From the NCBI GenBank assembly GCA_035414245.1, contig DAONYH010000003.1:17630-81629 (forward strand): 64,000 bases of DNA, given 5' to 3'. The stretch is from a bacterium. GTDB lineage: Bacteria; Patescibacteriota; Patescibacteriia; Patescibacteriales; UBA12465. Below are positions 1 through 9,779 of this stretch, piece after piece (within the stretch, counting starts at the first letter, position 1; the number at the start of each line of letters is the position of its first letter). The position numbers and the translations under genes were made by a program. The notes beneath the pieces were generated by a model. The model did no database searches. It saw only the letters and a program-made list of their open reading frames with translations, and was not told the origin of the DNA.

Positions 1-1374
1 AGGAACCACTCCGCATTTGGGACAATGAACTAAAGGAATCGGCTCTCCCCAATAACGTTGGCGAGAGAAAACCCAATCGCGCAAACGATAATTTACTTTT
101 TTAGCGCCCAGTTTATTTTTTTCTAACCAAGCAGTCATTTTTTGTCTTGCCTCCTCAGAGCTCAAGCCATCAAATTCACCTGATGATTGCAAAAAGCCAT
201 CTTCGGCAAAGGCGCTTTTACCATCATAACTATTGTTATTATCAGAAGCCGGAAAAATAACTGGTTTTATTCTTAACGCATATTTTTTGGCAAAATCATA
301 ATCTCGTTCATCATGGGCGGGAACCGCCATCACCGCACCGGTGCCATAAGAAACTAAAACATAATCGGCAATAAAAATCGGCACGGCTTCTTGATTAAAA
401 GGATTGATTGCTTGAATACCTTTTAACAAAACACCGGTTTTTTCGCGATGTAAACTGGTTCTTTCTGTTTCAGAAACATCTTGCAAAGAAGCAATGTATT
501 CTTCCACTTCTGACCAATTGCTAATTTGGGACTTTAATTTTTCCACTAAATTATGTTCCGGCGCTAAAACTACATAGGTACAACCAAAAATCGTATCAAC
601 TCTGGTGGTAAAAACGGTTATTTTTTCTTCTGAAGCAATTGTTTTTTCTTCATCATCAGTTTTATCAGTCGTGATTTTAAAAACTATTTCTGCACCTTCA
701 CTACGCCCTATCCAGTTTTTTTGCATTTCCTTAGTTGATTCTTCCCAAGCAGGTAATTTTTCTAAATCATTTAACAAACGATCCGCATAGGCCGTAATTT
801 TTAAAACCCATTGACGCATTGGCTTTTGTTCAATCTCGCTCCCACAACGTTCACAAAGTCCATCTTCTAAATCCTCATTAGCCAAACCGGTTTTACATGA
901 TGGACACCAATTAATTGGCTCATCTGATTCAAAAGCTAAACCATGTTTAAACATCTGTAAAAAAATCCACTGCGTCCATTTATAATAAGTTGGTTCAGTT
1001 GTATTCACTTCCCTTTCCCAATCATAACTAAAACCAAGAATTTCTAGTTGCTTTTTAAAACGCTTCACACTTTCCGCCACGGAAATTTTGGGATTAACTT
1101 TATTTTTTAGAGCATAGTTTTCAGCTGGTAAACCAAAAGCGTCAAAACCCATGGGATGTAAAACATTATAACCTTGCATTAGTTTATGACGAGCAAAGAT
1201 ATCAGTCGCAATATAGCCCTTGGGATGGCCAACGTGTAAACCAACTCCTGAGGGATAAGGAAACATGTCTAAAATATAGTACTTGGGTTTATTTTTATCC
1301 TCTTTAGTGCGATACAGGGCGGTTTTTTCCCAAATTTTTTGCCATTTTTTTTCAATTGTTTGATGCTTATACAT
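1..1374 (-). CDS. leuS: Leucine--tRNA ligase (5' part; runs off the left edge of the window)
   Basis: Not in the ORF track (truncated). Minus strand from ATG at 1374 reads MYKHQTIEKKWQKIW...YILDMFPYPSGVGLHVGHPKGYIATD...HPMGFDAFGLPAENYA (HIGH motif region). It later contains the editing-domain FTTRVDTIFGCTY and YGTGAVMAVPAHDERDYDFA. Confidence 0.96.
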   Translation of the reverse strand, partial: MYKHQTIEKKWQKIWEKTALYRTKEDKNKPKYYILDMFPYPSGVGLHVGHPKGYIATDIFARHKLMQGYNVLHPMGFDAFGLPAENYALKNKVNPKISVAESVKRFKKQLEILGFSYDWEREVNTTEPTYYKWTQWIFLQMFKHGLAFESDEPINWCPSCKTGLANEDLEDGLCERCGSEIEQKPMRQWVLKITAYADRLLNDLEKLPAWEESTKEMQKNWIGRSEGAEIVFKITTDKTDDEEKTIASEEKITVFTTRVDTIFGCTYVVLAPEHNLVEKLKSQISNWSEVEEYIASLQDVSETERTSLHREKTGVLLKGIQAINPFNQEAVPIFIADYVLVSYGTGAVMAVPAHDERDYDFAKKYALRIKPVIFPASDNNNSYDGKSAFAEDGFLQSSGEFDGLSSEEARQKMTAWLEKNKLGAKKVNYRLRDWVFSRQRYWGEPIPLVHCPKCGVVP

Positions 1375-1378
1375 ATTG

Positions 1379-2149
1379 TTATAAATCTAGTTCTAAAAGC
1401 ACGGGAGCATGATCAGAACCCGTTACTTCCGTTAAAATATCAGCTTTTTTTAGGTATTTTTTAAGTTTATCGGATACACAAAAATAGTCAATCCGCCAAC
1501 CTACATTACGTTCTCGGGCATTAGAACGGAAACTCCACCAAGAATACTTAATTTTATTTCCATTTAAAGCGCGGAAAGTATCTATCAAACCGGATTTTAA
1601 ATATTTATCCATTGACGCTCTTTCTTCAGGGGTAAAACCAGGACTGCCCACATTTTCCTTAGGACGAGCCAAATCAATTTCTTGATGCGCTACATTAAAA
1701 TCACCGGTGATGATAACCGGTTTTTGCTTAACTAACTTTTTAATATATTTTAACAAAGCTTCGTTAAAATTCAGTTTATAGGTTAAACGACTGAGTTCAG
1801 CATTAGCATTAGGAAAATAAGCATTCAAGAGAAAAAAATGATGAGTATCAGCGGTTTGTACTCGTCCTTCATCGTCAAATATACTTTGACCAAAACCATT
1901 AGTCACTTTTTTCAAATACTTAAAACCTTCTTTAACTAAAATAGCTGTGCCACTATAACCGGGTCTTTTAGCGCTGTGCCAATACTCTAAATAACCGGGA
2001 AAATCCAAATCCGCTTCTAAACGGGCTGTCTCTGAAATCTTCACTTCTTGCAAACATAAAATATCCGGTTTTTCACTTTGCAAAAAATCTAAAAAACCTT
2101 TTTTCCTGATGGCTCTTATTCCATTAACATTCCAAGAAATCAATTTCAT
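1379..2149 (-). CDS. xth: Exodeoxyribonuclease III / AP endonuclease
   Basis: SWNVNGIRA, LCLQEVK, GDFNVAH, GWRIDYF and GSDHAPV motifs of the ExoIII family. Confidence 0.95.
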   Translation of the reverse strand: MKLISWNVNGIRAIRKKGFLDFLQSEKPDILCLQEVKISETARLEADLDFPGYLEYWHSAKRPGYSGTAILVKEGFKYLKKVTNGFGQSIFDDEGRVQTADTHHFFLLNAYFPNANAELSRLTYKLNFNEALLKYIKKLVKQKPVIITGDFNVAHQEIDLARPKENVGSPGFTPEERASMDKYLKSGLIDTFRALNGNKIKYSWWSFRSNARERNVGWRIDYFCVSDKLKKYLKKADILTEVTGSDHAPVLLELDL

Positions 2150-2212
2150 ATAATCTAATCTGTGCTATAATATAAGCATACTGGAAAGCAGATATTTTTT
2201 CAATTTATATTT

Positions 2213-2971
2213 ATGAGTTTAGAAGAAAGAATAAAGTATGCCGAGATGAAATCTCGACATCGAAAAAAACTCACTCCTTGGTATAAAAAATGGTGGGGAA
2301 AAATAATGATTACAGTTTTCTTTTTGACGGCGATTTTCTTAGTGGCTGCCAGTATTTATGTTTTTATTGAAGCTAATAGAATTAACGAAGGAAAATCAAC
2401 TCGCTTTTTAGAAGAACAAAGAGAAAAATATTTGGCCGCTATAAATCGCAATAGCGCCAACACTTACGGACCAACAAATGCTAAAGTAACAATTGTTATT
2501 TTCTCTGATTTTGCCTGCCCTTTTTGCCGTGATTCACATGAAGGTTTAAAAAATATTCGGGAAAAATACGGTGATCAAGTAAAAATTGTTTATCGCGACT
2601 ATCCCTTGCATGATAATTCAATTTTTTTAGCTTTATCGGCTCGTTGCGCTGGCGAACAAGGAAAATTTTGGCAAATGCATGATTTATTTTTTGATAATTT
2701 TGATCAATTTAGCGATAAAAGTCAGAGTGAATTAGAAATAGTGATGCCGGAAATTGCTTCTCTTTTAGAAATAGACGCCACTCGATTTAGTTCTTGTATA
2801 AGAAACCAACGTCATTTTCCACAAATTAAACAAGACTATGAAGATGGCTCCTTCTTAGATATTGAAGGCACACCGACTTGGTTTATAAATAACAATCGTT
2901 TGATTGGTTCTATTACCAAAAAAAATCTTGAATCTTTAATTACTGATCTTCTTCATAATATAACAAAATAA
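2213..2971 (+). CDS. Membrane-anchored DsbA/BdbD-type thiol-disulfide oxidoreductase
   Basis: N-terminal TM helix, FSDFACPFC (CxxC), YRDYPL, and GTPTWFIN cis-Pro motif. Confidence 0.9.
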   Translation: MSLEERIKYAEMKSRHRKKLTPWYKKWWGKIMITVFFLTAIFLVAASIYVFIEANRINEGKSTRFLEEQREKYLAAINRNSANTYGPTNAKVTIVIFSDFACPFCRDSHEGLKNIREKYGDQVKIVYRDYPLHDNSIFLALSARCAGEQGKFWQMHDLFFDNFDQFSDKSQSELEIVMPEIASLLEIDATRFSSCIRNQRHFPQIKQDYEDGSFLDIEGTPTWFINNNRLIGSITKKNLESLITDLLHNITK

Positions 2972-3024
2972 ATTTATAACATAACGGAGTAAAGCGAAAT
3001 AAATTTGATATTTTATAATAATAT

Positions 3025-3570
3025 ATGAAACAAATAAGAATTCATGGACGAGGTGGACAAGGAGTGGTAACAGCCGCGGAAATTATTGCGATTGCCGCTT
3101 TTCATGAAGGTTATTATTCTCAAGCTTTCCCTCATTTTGGTGTGGAAAGAAGCGGTGCACCAATTAGATCTTATGCACGAATCGCTAAACAACCAATTTT
3201 AACCCGAGAACAAGTTGAGCGCCCTGATATTTTAATTATTCAAGATCATACTCTCTTGGACGAACCCGAAGTTTTAGCGGGTATTAACCAAGATACTTTG
3301 TTAATTATTAATGTCCCGAAAAACTTTTTCTTAGAAAAAAATTTACCCACTAAAAAAATATATTATACTCCGGCTACGGAAATTGCTTTAAAAATTATTG
3401 GCAAAAATATTGTTAATACTGTTATTTTAGGCGCCTTTGCCAAACACTCGGGATTAATTAGTCTTTCCTCTCTAAAAAAAGCAATTGCCGAAAAATTTAA
3501 AGAAAAAGGACAAACAATAATTGAAAAAAATATCCAAGCGATTACTACGGCTTATCAAACAAAACTATGA
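3025..3570 (+). CDS. porC: Pyruvate:ferredoxin oxidoreductase gamma subunit
   Basis: IRIHGRGGQGVVTAAE, FGVERSGAP, NTVILGAF. Confidence 0.93.
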   Translation: MKQIRIHGRGGQGVVTAAEIIAIAAFHEGYYSQAFPHFGVERSGAPIRSYARIAKQPILTREQVERPDILIIQDHTLLDEPEVLAGINQDTLLIINVPKNFFLEKNLPTKKIYYTPATEIALKIIGKNIVNTVILGAFAKHSGLISLSSLKKAIAEKFKEKGQTIIEKNIQAITTAYQTKL

Positions 3571-3836
3571 AAAAAAATATAAACAAAACCATTGCTCAGC
3601 CTCTCAGTTCTGTAAATAATAAAACCGGCGCTTGGCGAACTTATCGACCAGTCGCTGATTATCAAAAATGTGTTGGCTGTTCTCTATGCGCCAAACTTTG
3701 TCCTGAAGCATGTATTGAAATGATAAAAATAAACAATGAATTAAAACCACGCCCTGATTATGATTATTGCAAAGGCTGCGGTTTATGCGCTAAAGAATGT
3801 CCGGTTAAGGCAATTAAAATGGAAAAGGAATACTAA
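3567..3836 (+). CDS. porD: Pyruvate:ferredoxin oxidoreductase delta subunit (2x[4Fe-4S])
   Basis: KTGAWRTYRP; CVGCSLCAKLCP and CKGCGLCAKECP ferredoxin motifs. Confidence 0.93.
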   Translation: MKKNINKTIAQPLSSVNNKTGAWRTYRPVADYQKCVGCSLCAKLCPEACIEMIKINNELKPRPDYDYCKGCGLCAKECPVKAIKMEKEY

Positions 3837-3856
3837 AAGGAGCGTTAATTAAAAAT

Positions 3857-5026
3857 ATGAAAATGTCTAAAAATACTAACAACAAAAAAACTGGCCACCA
3901 AATTTTAGAAGGTTCCCGAGCCATCGCCTTAACAATTAAAAATATTGGTGTCCAAGTTGTTTCCGCTTATCCAATTACTCCTCAAACTCATATTGTTGAA
4001 GATCTGGCGCAATTTAAAGCTGATGGACAAGCTAATTATGAATATGCGCGCGCCGAAAGTGAATTTGCCGCAGCCTCAATTGTCTTAGGAGCAAGTGCCG
4101 CCGGTGTTAGAGCTTACAGTGCCACTAGTTCGCAAGGCTTACTACTAATGACTGAAGTTTTATACAACATTTCCGGTTTACGCTTGCCAGTAGTGATGAC
4201 ATGCGCTAATCGCTCCATTTCTTCACCAATTAATATTTGGAATGATCATGCCGATGTGATGGCTATTAGAGATAGTGGTTGGTTACAATTTTTTGCCGAA
4301 AATCATCAAGAAGCAGTTTATGCTCATTTATTAGCTTATAAAGTCGCCGAGCAAATTGGCTTGCCGGCCATAGTAAATGTTGATGGTTTTATTTTAACCC
4401 ATTCTTATGAACCGGTTTCTATTCCTGATAAAAAATTAATAAAAAAATACTTGCCGGACTATAAACCAGCCAAAGGCACTTTTCTTGACCCAAAAAATCC
4501 AGTTACTTTAGGAGCTCTTTTCGGGCCAGACTCTTATACCGGAGTTAGAAAAGATTTATACCAAGATTTTCAAACTAGCTTATCATTAATTAAAAAAGAA
4601 TACGCTTTACTTAAAAAAATATTTAAAATTAAAAATAACAGTGATGGTTTAATTGAATATACCGGACCAAAAAAACCAAAAACAATTTTAATCACCATGG
4701 GCTCATTAGCGGGCACGATTAAAACTGTCTTAACTCAATATCCGAATGTCGGTTTAATAAAAATCATGACTCTGCGCCCTTTTCCTGAACAAGAACTTAT
4801 TAAAGCAACGGCTTCTGGTTCCAATATTATAATTTTAGAAAAAGCGGTTAGCCCGGGCAGTGGTGGTCCTTTGACTTTAGAAATTAAAGCCGCTTTATCA
4901 GGTCAGAAAAAAAATATTAAAAATTATATTGTTGGTTTAGGGGGAAAAAATATTAGTGAAAAAGAAATAAGAGATATTATTGAAAAGGCGGAACAGAAAA
5001 ATAAAAATTTAATTTTTCAAAAATAA
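3857..5026 (+). CDS. porA: Pyruvate:ferredoxin oxidoreductase alpha subunit
   Basis: AYPITPQT, ESEFAA, ATSSQGLLLMTE, NRSISSPINIWNDH, VGLGGK. Confidence 0.94.
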   Translation: MKMSKNTNNKKTGHQILEGSRAIALTIKNIGVQVVSAYPITPQTHIVEDLAQFKADGQANYEYARAESEFAAASIVLGASAAGVRAYSATSSQGLLLMTEVLYNISGLRLPVVMTCANRSISSPINIWNDHADVMAIRDSGWLQFFAENHQEAVYAHLLAYKVAEQIGLPAIVNVDGFILTHSYEPVSIPDKKLIKKYLPDYKPAKGTFLDPKNPVTLGALFGPDSYTGVRKDLYQDFQTSLSLIKKEYALLKKIFKIKNNSDGLIEYTGPKKPKTILITMGSLAGTIKTVLTQYPNVGLIKIMTLRPFPEQELIKATASGSNIIILEKAVSPGSGGPLTLEIKAALSGQKKNIKNYIVGLGGKNISEKEIRDIIEKAEQKNKNLIFQK

Positions 5027-5039
5027 ATTAAAATAAAGT

Positions 5040-5576
5040 ATGCGTTTTTTAAACAGCAAAAAAAATAAATTCACTTTAATTATTAGTTTATTTATTTTTT
5101 TATTTTTTATTTTAAGTTTTAAAGTTGTTTATAGTGCTGATCTAATTAAATTTACTCCGCAAATACCTATTCCCGGGCCTAATTCTATTCCTGCTAATTC
5201 ACCGATTGGCTCAGAAGCAAACGGAAGTTTTAAAGTTGACTTATTAAGTAGGTACGTTAAATCTATATATGATTATTTAATTATCATTGCCGGTATTTTA
5301 GCGGCTGTGGTAATGATGGGCGGGGGCTTGCTTTGGCTCACTTCCGGTGGCAATGAAAGTCGAGTTACGCAAGCTAAAGATTTAATTTTCGGTAGTATAA
5401 TTGGCTTAGTCTTAGTATTTGCCTCTTACCTTATTTTAAATACGATTAATCCTGATTTATTAAACTTAAGTTCATTAGAAATGGAAACGGTTGCTCCAAA
5501 AAAAATTGAAGCTGGAGGAAGTGGTGGAAGCAGTGGAGGAGGTAGAAGCGGTGGAGGCGGCGGAGGAAGTTGGTAG
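5040..5576 (+). CDS. VirB2/TrbC-like (CPR-type T4SS) pilin-domain membrane protein with Gly/Ser-rich tail
   Basis: Signal-peptide-like N-terminus, PQIPIPG, two hydrophobic helices linked by GGLLWLTSGGNESRVTQAKDLIFGSIIG, then INPDLL; tail GGSGGSSGGGRSGGGGGGSW. Confidence 0.8.
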   Translation: MRFLNSKKNKFTLIISLFIFLFFILSFKVVYSADLIKFTPQIPIPGPNSIPANSPIGSEANGSFKVDLLSRYVKSIYDYLIIIAGILAAVVMMGGGLLWLTSGGNESRVTQAKDLIFGSIIGLVLVFASYLILNTINPDLLNLSSLEMETVAPKKIEAGGSGGSSGGGRSGGGGGGSW

Positions 5577-5609
5577 TATGTCAATAAAAATAAAATCCTA
5601 TAATATTTT

Positions 5610-6482
5610 ATGAATAAAAAAACTAATCAATTTCTTGCTCCCGGTCATAACGCTTGTTCTGGTTGTGGCCAATTATCAGCGGTTCAGGCAGTCATGCGCG
5701 CTTTAACTCCGGATACAATTATCGCTAATGCGACCGGTTGTTTAGAAGTAACAACCACTGCTTATCCGCAGAGTGCTTGGGGCTTACCTTGGATACATTC
5801 TTTATTTGAAAATGCAGCTGCGGTTGCTTCAGGAATTAGCGCCGCTTTAAAGCAAAAAAAGGATAAAAAAACCAAAATTTTAGTACAAGCAGGTGATGGC
5901 GGAACTTATGATATTGGCCTTGGTTTAATCAGCGGAATGTGGACTCGCGGTGAAAATATTTTATATGTTTGTTATGACACAGAATCATATTCCAATACCG
6001 GTATTCAAGCGTCCGGCTCTACTCCCTATGGTTCAGCTACCTCCACTACTCCCAGTGGTGACAAATCAATTGGCTCTCAACAAACAAAAAAAGATATGTT
6101 AGGAATTGCTTTGGCTCATGGTTTGAAATATGTAGCTCAAACTGTCTCTGGCTTCCCTGATGATATTACTAACAAAGTTAAAAAAGCACTGGCTATTTCT
6201 GGACCAACTTATATCCAAATTTTAAGTCCTTGTATTCCCGGTTGGAAAATTAATTATGATGAAGCTGCTCAGCTGGGTAAGTTAGCGGTTCAAACTGGTT
6301 TGTATCCGATTTTAGAATATATTGATGGCAATTTAGTTTCTTCCAGTATAAATAAAAATTTTAAACCAAAACCGGTTAGCGAATATTTAAAAAAACAAGG
6401 ACGATTTAAACATTTAAGCAAAAAGGAAATAGAGGCTATTCAAATGTTGGCTAATAAAAATATTGATAAATATCAATTATGA
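5610..6482 (+). CDS. porB: Pyruvate:ferredoxin oxidoreductase beta subunit (TPP-binding)
   Basis: PGHNACSGCG, NATGCLEV, GDGGTYDIG (TPP motif), YSNTGIQ, SPCIPGW. Confidence 0.94.
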   Translation: MNKKTNQFLAPGHNACSGCGQLSAVQAVMRALTPDTIIANATGCLEVTTTAYPQSAWGLPWIHSLFENAAAVASGISAALKQKKDKKTKILVQAGDGGTYDIGLGLISGMWTRGENILYVCYDTESYSNTGIQASGSTPYGSATSTTPSGDKSIGSQQTKKDMLGIALAHGLKYVAQTVSGFPDDITNKVKKALAISGPTYIQILSPCIPGWKINYDEAAQLGKLAVQTGLYPILEYIDGNLVSSSINKNFKPKPVSEYLKKQGRFKHLSKKEIEAIQMLANKNIDKYQL

Positions 6483-7435
6483 AAAAAATTAAATTCAATT
6501 TAAATTTATTAATATTTTCTATTCTTTTTTTAACTATTTTTTTAACGTCAATTCCTTTTGTTAATGCTGCTAAGCCAAAAATTATTATTCCTGAACCGCA
6601 AGTTAATTTAGGATTTAACTATTCTCCGCCTGATTGTACAACTAATGTTAAAGGGGAAACAGTTTGTAAAGTTAATTGGCTAGGAGAATACGTAAGTGGT
6701 GTCTATAATTTGGCGATTAAAATGGGCGGCTTAATTGCGGCCATTATGTTAATGGTCGGTGGTATTTTATGGCTTGTTTCAGGAGGGGATGTTAGCAAAG
6801 TTAGTCAAGCTAAAGATATTTTAGCAGGCAGTATAATTGGTCTTACCATTCTTCTATCATCTTATCTTTTATTAGCTCTTGTTAATCCTAATTTAGTTAA
6901 TTTTAACGAGTTAGATTTAAACGTGGCTCAAGATAAAAATTTTCCTGATACAGAGGCAACAGAAGGCGGAACTGCTTTACCGGAAGAATTTCGAGATGCT
7001 TGCGCGGCTGCTAAAGCTGGAGATTTGGGGCCATGCCAAGCACTTGGTAAATCAGCGCCAAGTAATTTAGCTAAGGCTCCGGGAGGTATTTTAGTTAATT
7101 CTGATACACTGGCTAAATTTAACCGAGCAATGGCTTGTGTAAGTAGAAAAAATAATGGCGAAGTTTTATTTTCTATTAACGAGGGTTTTCGTTCTGCCCT
7201 TGATCAAATAAAAGTTAAAGAAGAATGGATTGGAAAAGGGGCGCCACAAAACGCTGCCACTCCTTGTTGTTCAAATCACAGTTCTGGAGTAGCCATTGAT
7301 ATTAAAAGAAAAGACGGACAACTGATGAGCAAAAGCTACAATGATAGCACTGGATTAACTGCTTGTATGAATGAGGCCGGATTGTATTCTAATCTTGATA
7401 ACGAACCCTGGCACTGGTCGCCAACCGGAAGATAA
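6479..7435 (+). CDS. Pilin-domain protein fused to a C-terminal M15 (VanY-like D-Ala-D-Ala carboxypeptidase) domain
   Basis: Pilin helices (GGILWLVSGGDVSKVSQAKDILAGSIIG...VNPNLV); C-terminal EGFRS, SNHSSGVAID (SxHxxGxAxD) and EPWHW zinc-peptidase motifs; ATG overlaps the porB TGA (ATGA). Confidence 0.82.
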   Translation: MKKIKFNLNLLIFSILFLTIFLTSIPFVNAAKPKIIIPEPQVNLGFNYSPPDCTTNVKGETVCKVNWLGEYVSGVYNLAIKMGGLIAAIMLMVGGILWLVSGGDVSKVSQAKDILAGSIIGLTILLSSYLLLALVNPNLVNFNELDLNVAQDKNFPDTEATEGGTALPEEFRDACAAAKAGDLGPCQALGKSAPSNLAKAPGGILVNSDTLAKFNRAMACVSRKNNGEVLFSINEGFRSALDQIKVKEEWIGKGAPQNAATPCCSNHSSGVAIDIKRKDGQLMSKSYNDSTGLTACMNEAGLYSNLDNEPWHWSPTGR

Positions 7436-7450
7436 ATAAATTTTGTTTAT

Positions 7451-7484
7451 AAAAACCGACTGGTAATTAATGAGTCGGTTTTTT
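7451..7484. terminator. Probable bidirectional intrinsic terminator between the por/pilin operon and rnhA
   Basis: AAAAACCGACT-loop-AGTCGGTTTTTTT inverted repeat with A/T tails between convergent genes. Confidence 0.75.
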
Positions 7485-7536
7485 TATTCTTAAACTATAT
7501 TTTTTTATTTCTGAATACTAAAAATATTTCTGTCTT

Positions 7537-7947
7537 CTAAGCGCCTCTGTCCATAGCTTCGTTCGCTAATTGATCTGCAAGCTTATTTCTTTCACGTGGA
7601 ATATGGGTAAAGGTTATTTTTTTAAAACTTAAACTTAAATTATAAATATCTAAAAATAATGGCGCCAAATCTTTGTTTTTAACTTTATATTCTCGATTCA
7701 ACTGACAAACTACCAGTTCACTATCCAAATAACAATTTACTTCTTCAGCCCCAAGCTCTATGGCTTTTTTTAGAGCCAAAATTAAAGCCTGATACTCGGC
7801 TTGATTATTAGTTGCCACTCCTAAATACTTAGATATTTTAGCGAGCACTTCTTGATTTTCATTATATAAAACTGCGCCTACCCCGGCCGGTCCAGGATTA
7901 CCACGCGCCCCGCCATCAGTATAAATAATAATTTTTTTATTTTTCAT
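7537..7947 (-). CDS. rnhA: Ribonuclease HI
   Basis: YTDGGARGNPGPAG, TNNQAEY, DSELVV, HIPRERNKLADQLAN. Confidence 0.93.
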   Translation of the reverse strand: MKNKKIIIYTDGGARGNPGPAGVGAVLYNENQEVLAKISKYLGVATNNQAEYQALILALKKAIELGAEEVNCYLDSELVVCQLNREYKVKNKDLAPLFLDIYNLSLSFKKITFTHIPRERNKLADQLANEAMDRGA

Positions 7948-7974
7948 ATCGCTTGCCGACTATTTATTAAACGG

Positions 7975-9768
7975 TTATTTACTAAATTTTAAATCAATAA
8001 TTTTTAATTGCGCTTCGCGACGACCATTAAAATCATTTATCTCTAAATAATAAGCTAAATCAACTTGATCGCCTACTTGGAATTGTTTATATTGTTCAGC
8101 TAAACCAAATGCTATCGCCCAAAAACCAGCTACCCGTATTTTAATGTGTTGATTTTCAAAACCCATGAAAACAATATCTTCAATCGTTAAATCATAACTA
8201 ACCAGTTTAGGTTGCAGATTATTTTGACCAAAAGGCGCGAGTTGATTAATTTCTTCCGCTAAATGTAAACTGATTTCTGACATTTTTACTTCTGCTTCTA
8301 TTTCTATTTTAGGCACTAAATTTTGACCAGCTAATTTTTCACTCACCAAACGTTCAATCTTGGTCGTAAATTTAGTTAAATTATCTTCGTTATTGATGGA
8401 AAAACCGCAAGCCATAGGATGTCCGCCATATTTATCTAACTCTTCGGCACAGTCTTCAATAACAGCAATCAAATTCAATTCTGGGATTGAACGTCCCGAA
8501 CCTTTAAAGCTAACTTTTTTAGGAATTAATTTCTTTTTTTCCGGATCAAACTCGGCTGATTCAATTAAACGAGTAATTATTAAAGTGGGCCGATAATATT
8601 TTTCCGCAATTTTTCCCGCTACTAAGCCAATCACCCCTTCATTCCAAATTTCATCTTCGCCCGCAACGCCAATGATGATGTCGGGTAAATTTTCTGAATC
8701 AATTTGTTTCTCAACTTGCGCGATTATTTCTTTAGTGATTTCTTGGCGACTGGCATTACGTCGATTTAATTCCTCGGCTAATTCTTTAGCTTCATTCTCA
8801 TCAGTGGTTGTTAAAAGCGCAAAGGCAGTATTGGCATGACTTAAACGACTGGCCGCATTAAGTCGAGGGGCAATCTGCCAACTAACATTCCAGGCTTCTA
8901 ACTTTTTATCACCATTAGCTTTTGTAGAATTTATTAATTCTTTTAATCCCAACCTGCGATTTTCATTTAAAACTTCCAAACCTTTTTTAACTAACAAACG
9001 ATTTTCACCTAACAAACTAACCATATCAGCAATTGTTCCAACCGCCACTAAATCTAAACATTTTTCGGCAATTAGTTGTTTTTGTTTATCTGATAAATTT
9101 GATTTAAAAAGCAAGGCGCTAATTAACTTAAAGGAAACACCCACACCGGCCAAAAATGGACAGGGATAATTATTGCGTTTATCAGCGGGATTAATTATGG
9201 GACAATCAGGTAAATCTTTTATTTCTTCCGGTAGAACATGATGGTCGGTAATAATTATTTCTAAACCCTTAGCCTTGGCATATTCCACTTCTTCTTTATT
9301 TCTAATACCATTATCAACGGTAATTACTAATTTAAAGCCAGCTTCCAAAATTTGATTAATTGCCATTTTATTTAAACCATAGCCCTCGCTAACACGATCT
9401 GGTAAATAAACTTCCACTTGTGCGTGTAGTAATTTTAAAGTTTCCAGTAAAATGACTGAGGCAGTAACTCCGTCCGCGTCATAATCGCCATAAACCACAA
9501 TTGGATTACCGTCTTTGATGTGTTTAATAATAATATCAACCGCTTGTTCCATATCTTTAAACAAAAACGGATCATAAAAAGCGTAATCAGCTTGACTAGA
9601 AAAAGTGCGCGCCAAATTATCAGCTAATTCTCCATTCAAAAAAGTTTTTATTTCTTCTTCCGACTTTAAGCCACGATTAAAAAGTAATTGCAAAAAAATC
9701 CGACTCATGTTCGGATAAGCCTCGCATTGCTCATCTTTAATTTTTGGCAAAACGCGCCATTCTCTCAT
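7975..9768 (-). CDS. recJ: Single-stranded DNA-specific exonuclease RecJ
   Basis: GDYDADG, TVDNG, ITDHH, APRLNAASR, GSGRS, GGHPMACG. Confidence 0.95.
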   Translation of the reverse strand: MREWRVLPKIKDEQCEAYPNMSRIFLQLLFNRGLKSEEEIKTFLNGELADNLARTFSSQADYAFYDPFLFKDMEQAVDIIIKHIKDGNPIVVYGDYDADGVTASVILLETLKLLHAQVEVYLPDRVSEGYGLNKMAINQILEAGFKLVITVDNGIRNKEEVEYAKAKGLEIIITDHHVLPEEIKDLPDCPIINPADKRNNYPCPFLAGVGVSFKLISALLFKSNLSDKQKQLIAEKCLDLVAVGTIADMVSLLGENRLLVKKGLEVLNENRRLGLKELINSTKANGDKKLEAWNVSWQIAPRLNAASRLSHANTAFALLTTTDENEAKELAEELNRRNASRQEITKEIIAQVEKQIDSENLPDIIIGVAGEDEIWNEGVIGLVAGKIAEKYYRPTLIITRLIESAEFDPEKKKLIPKKVSFKGSGRSIPELNLIAVIEDCAEELDKYGGHPMACGFSINNEDNLTKFTTKIERLVSEKLAGQNLVPKIEIEAEVKMSEISLHLAEEINQLAPFGQNNLQPKLVSYDLTIEDIVFMGFENQHIKIRVAGFWAIAFGLAEQYKQFQVGDQVDLAYYLEINDFNGRREAQLKIIDLKFSK

Positions 9769-9779
9769 AAACTAAAAAA

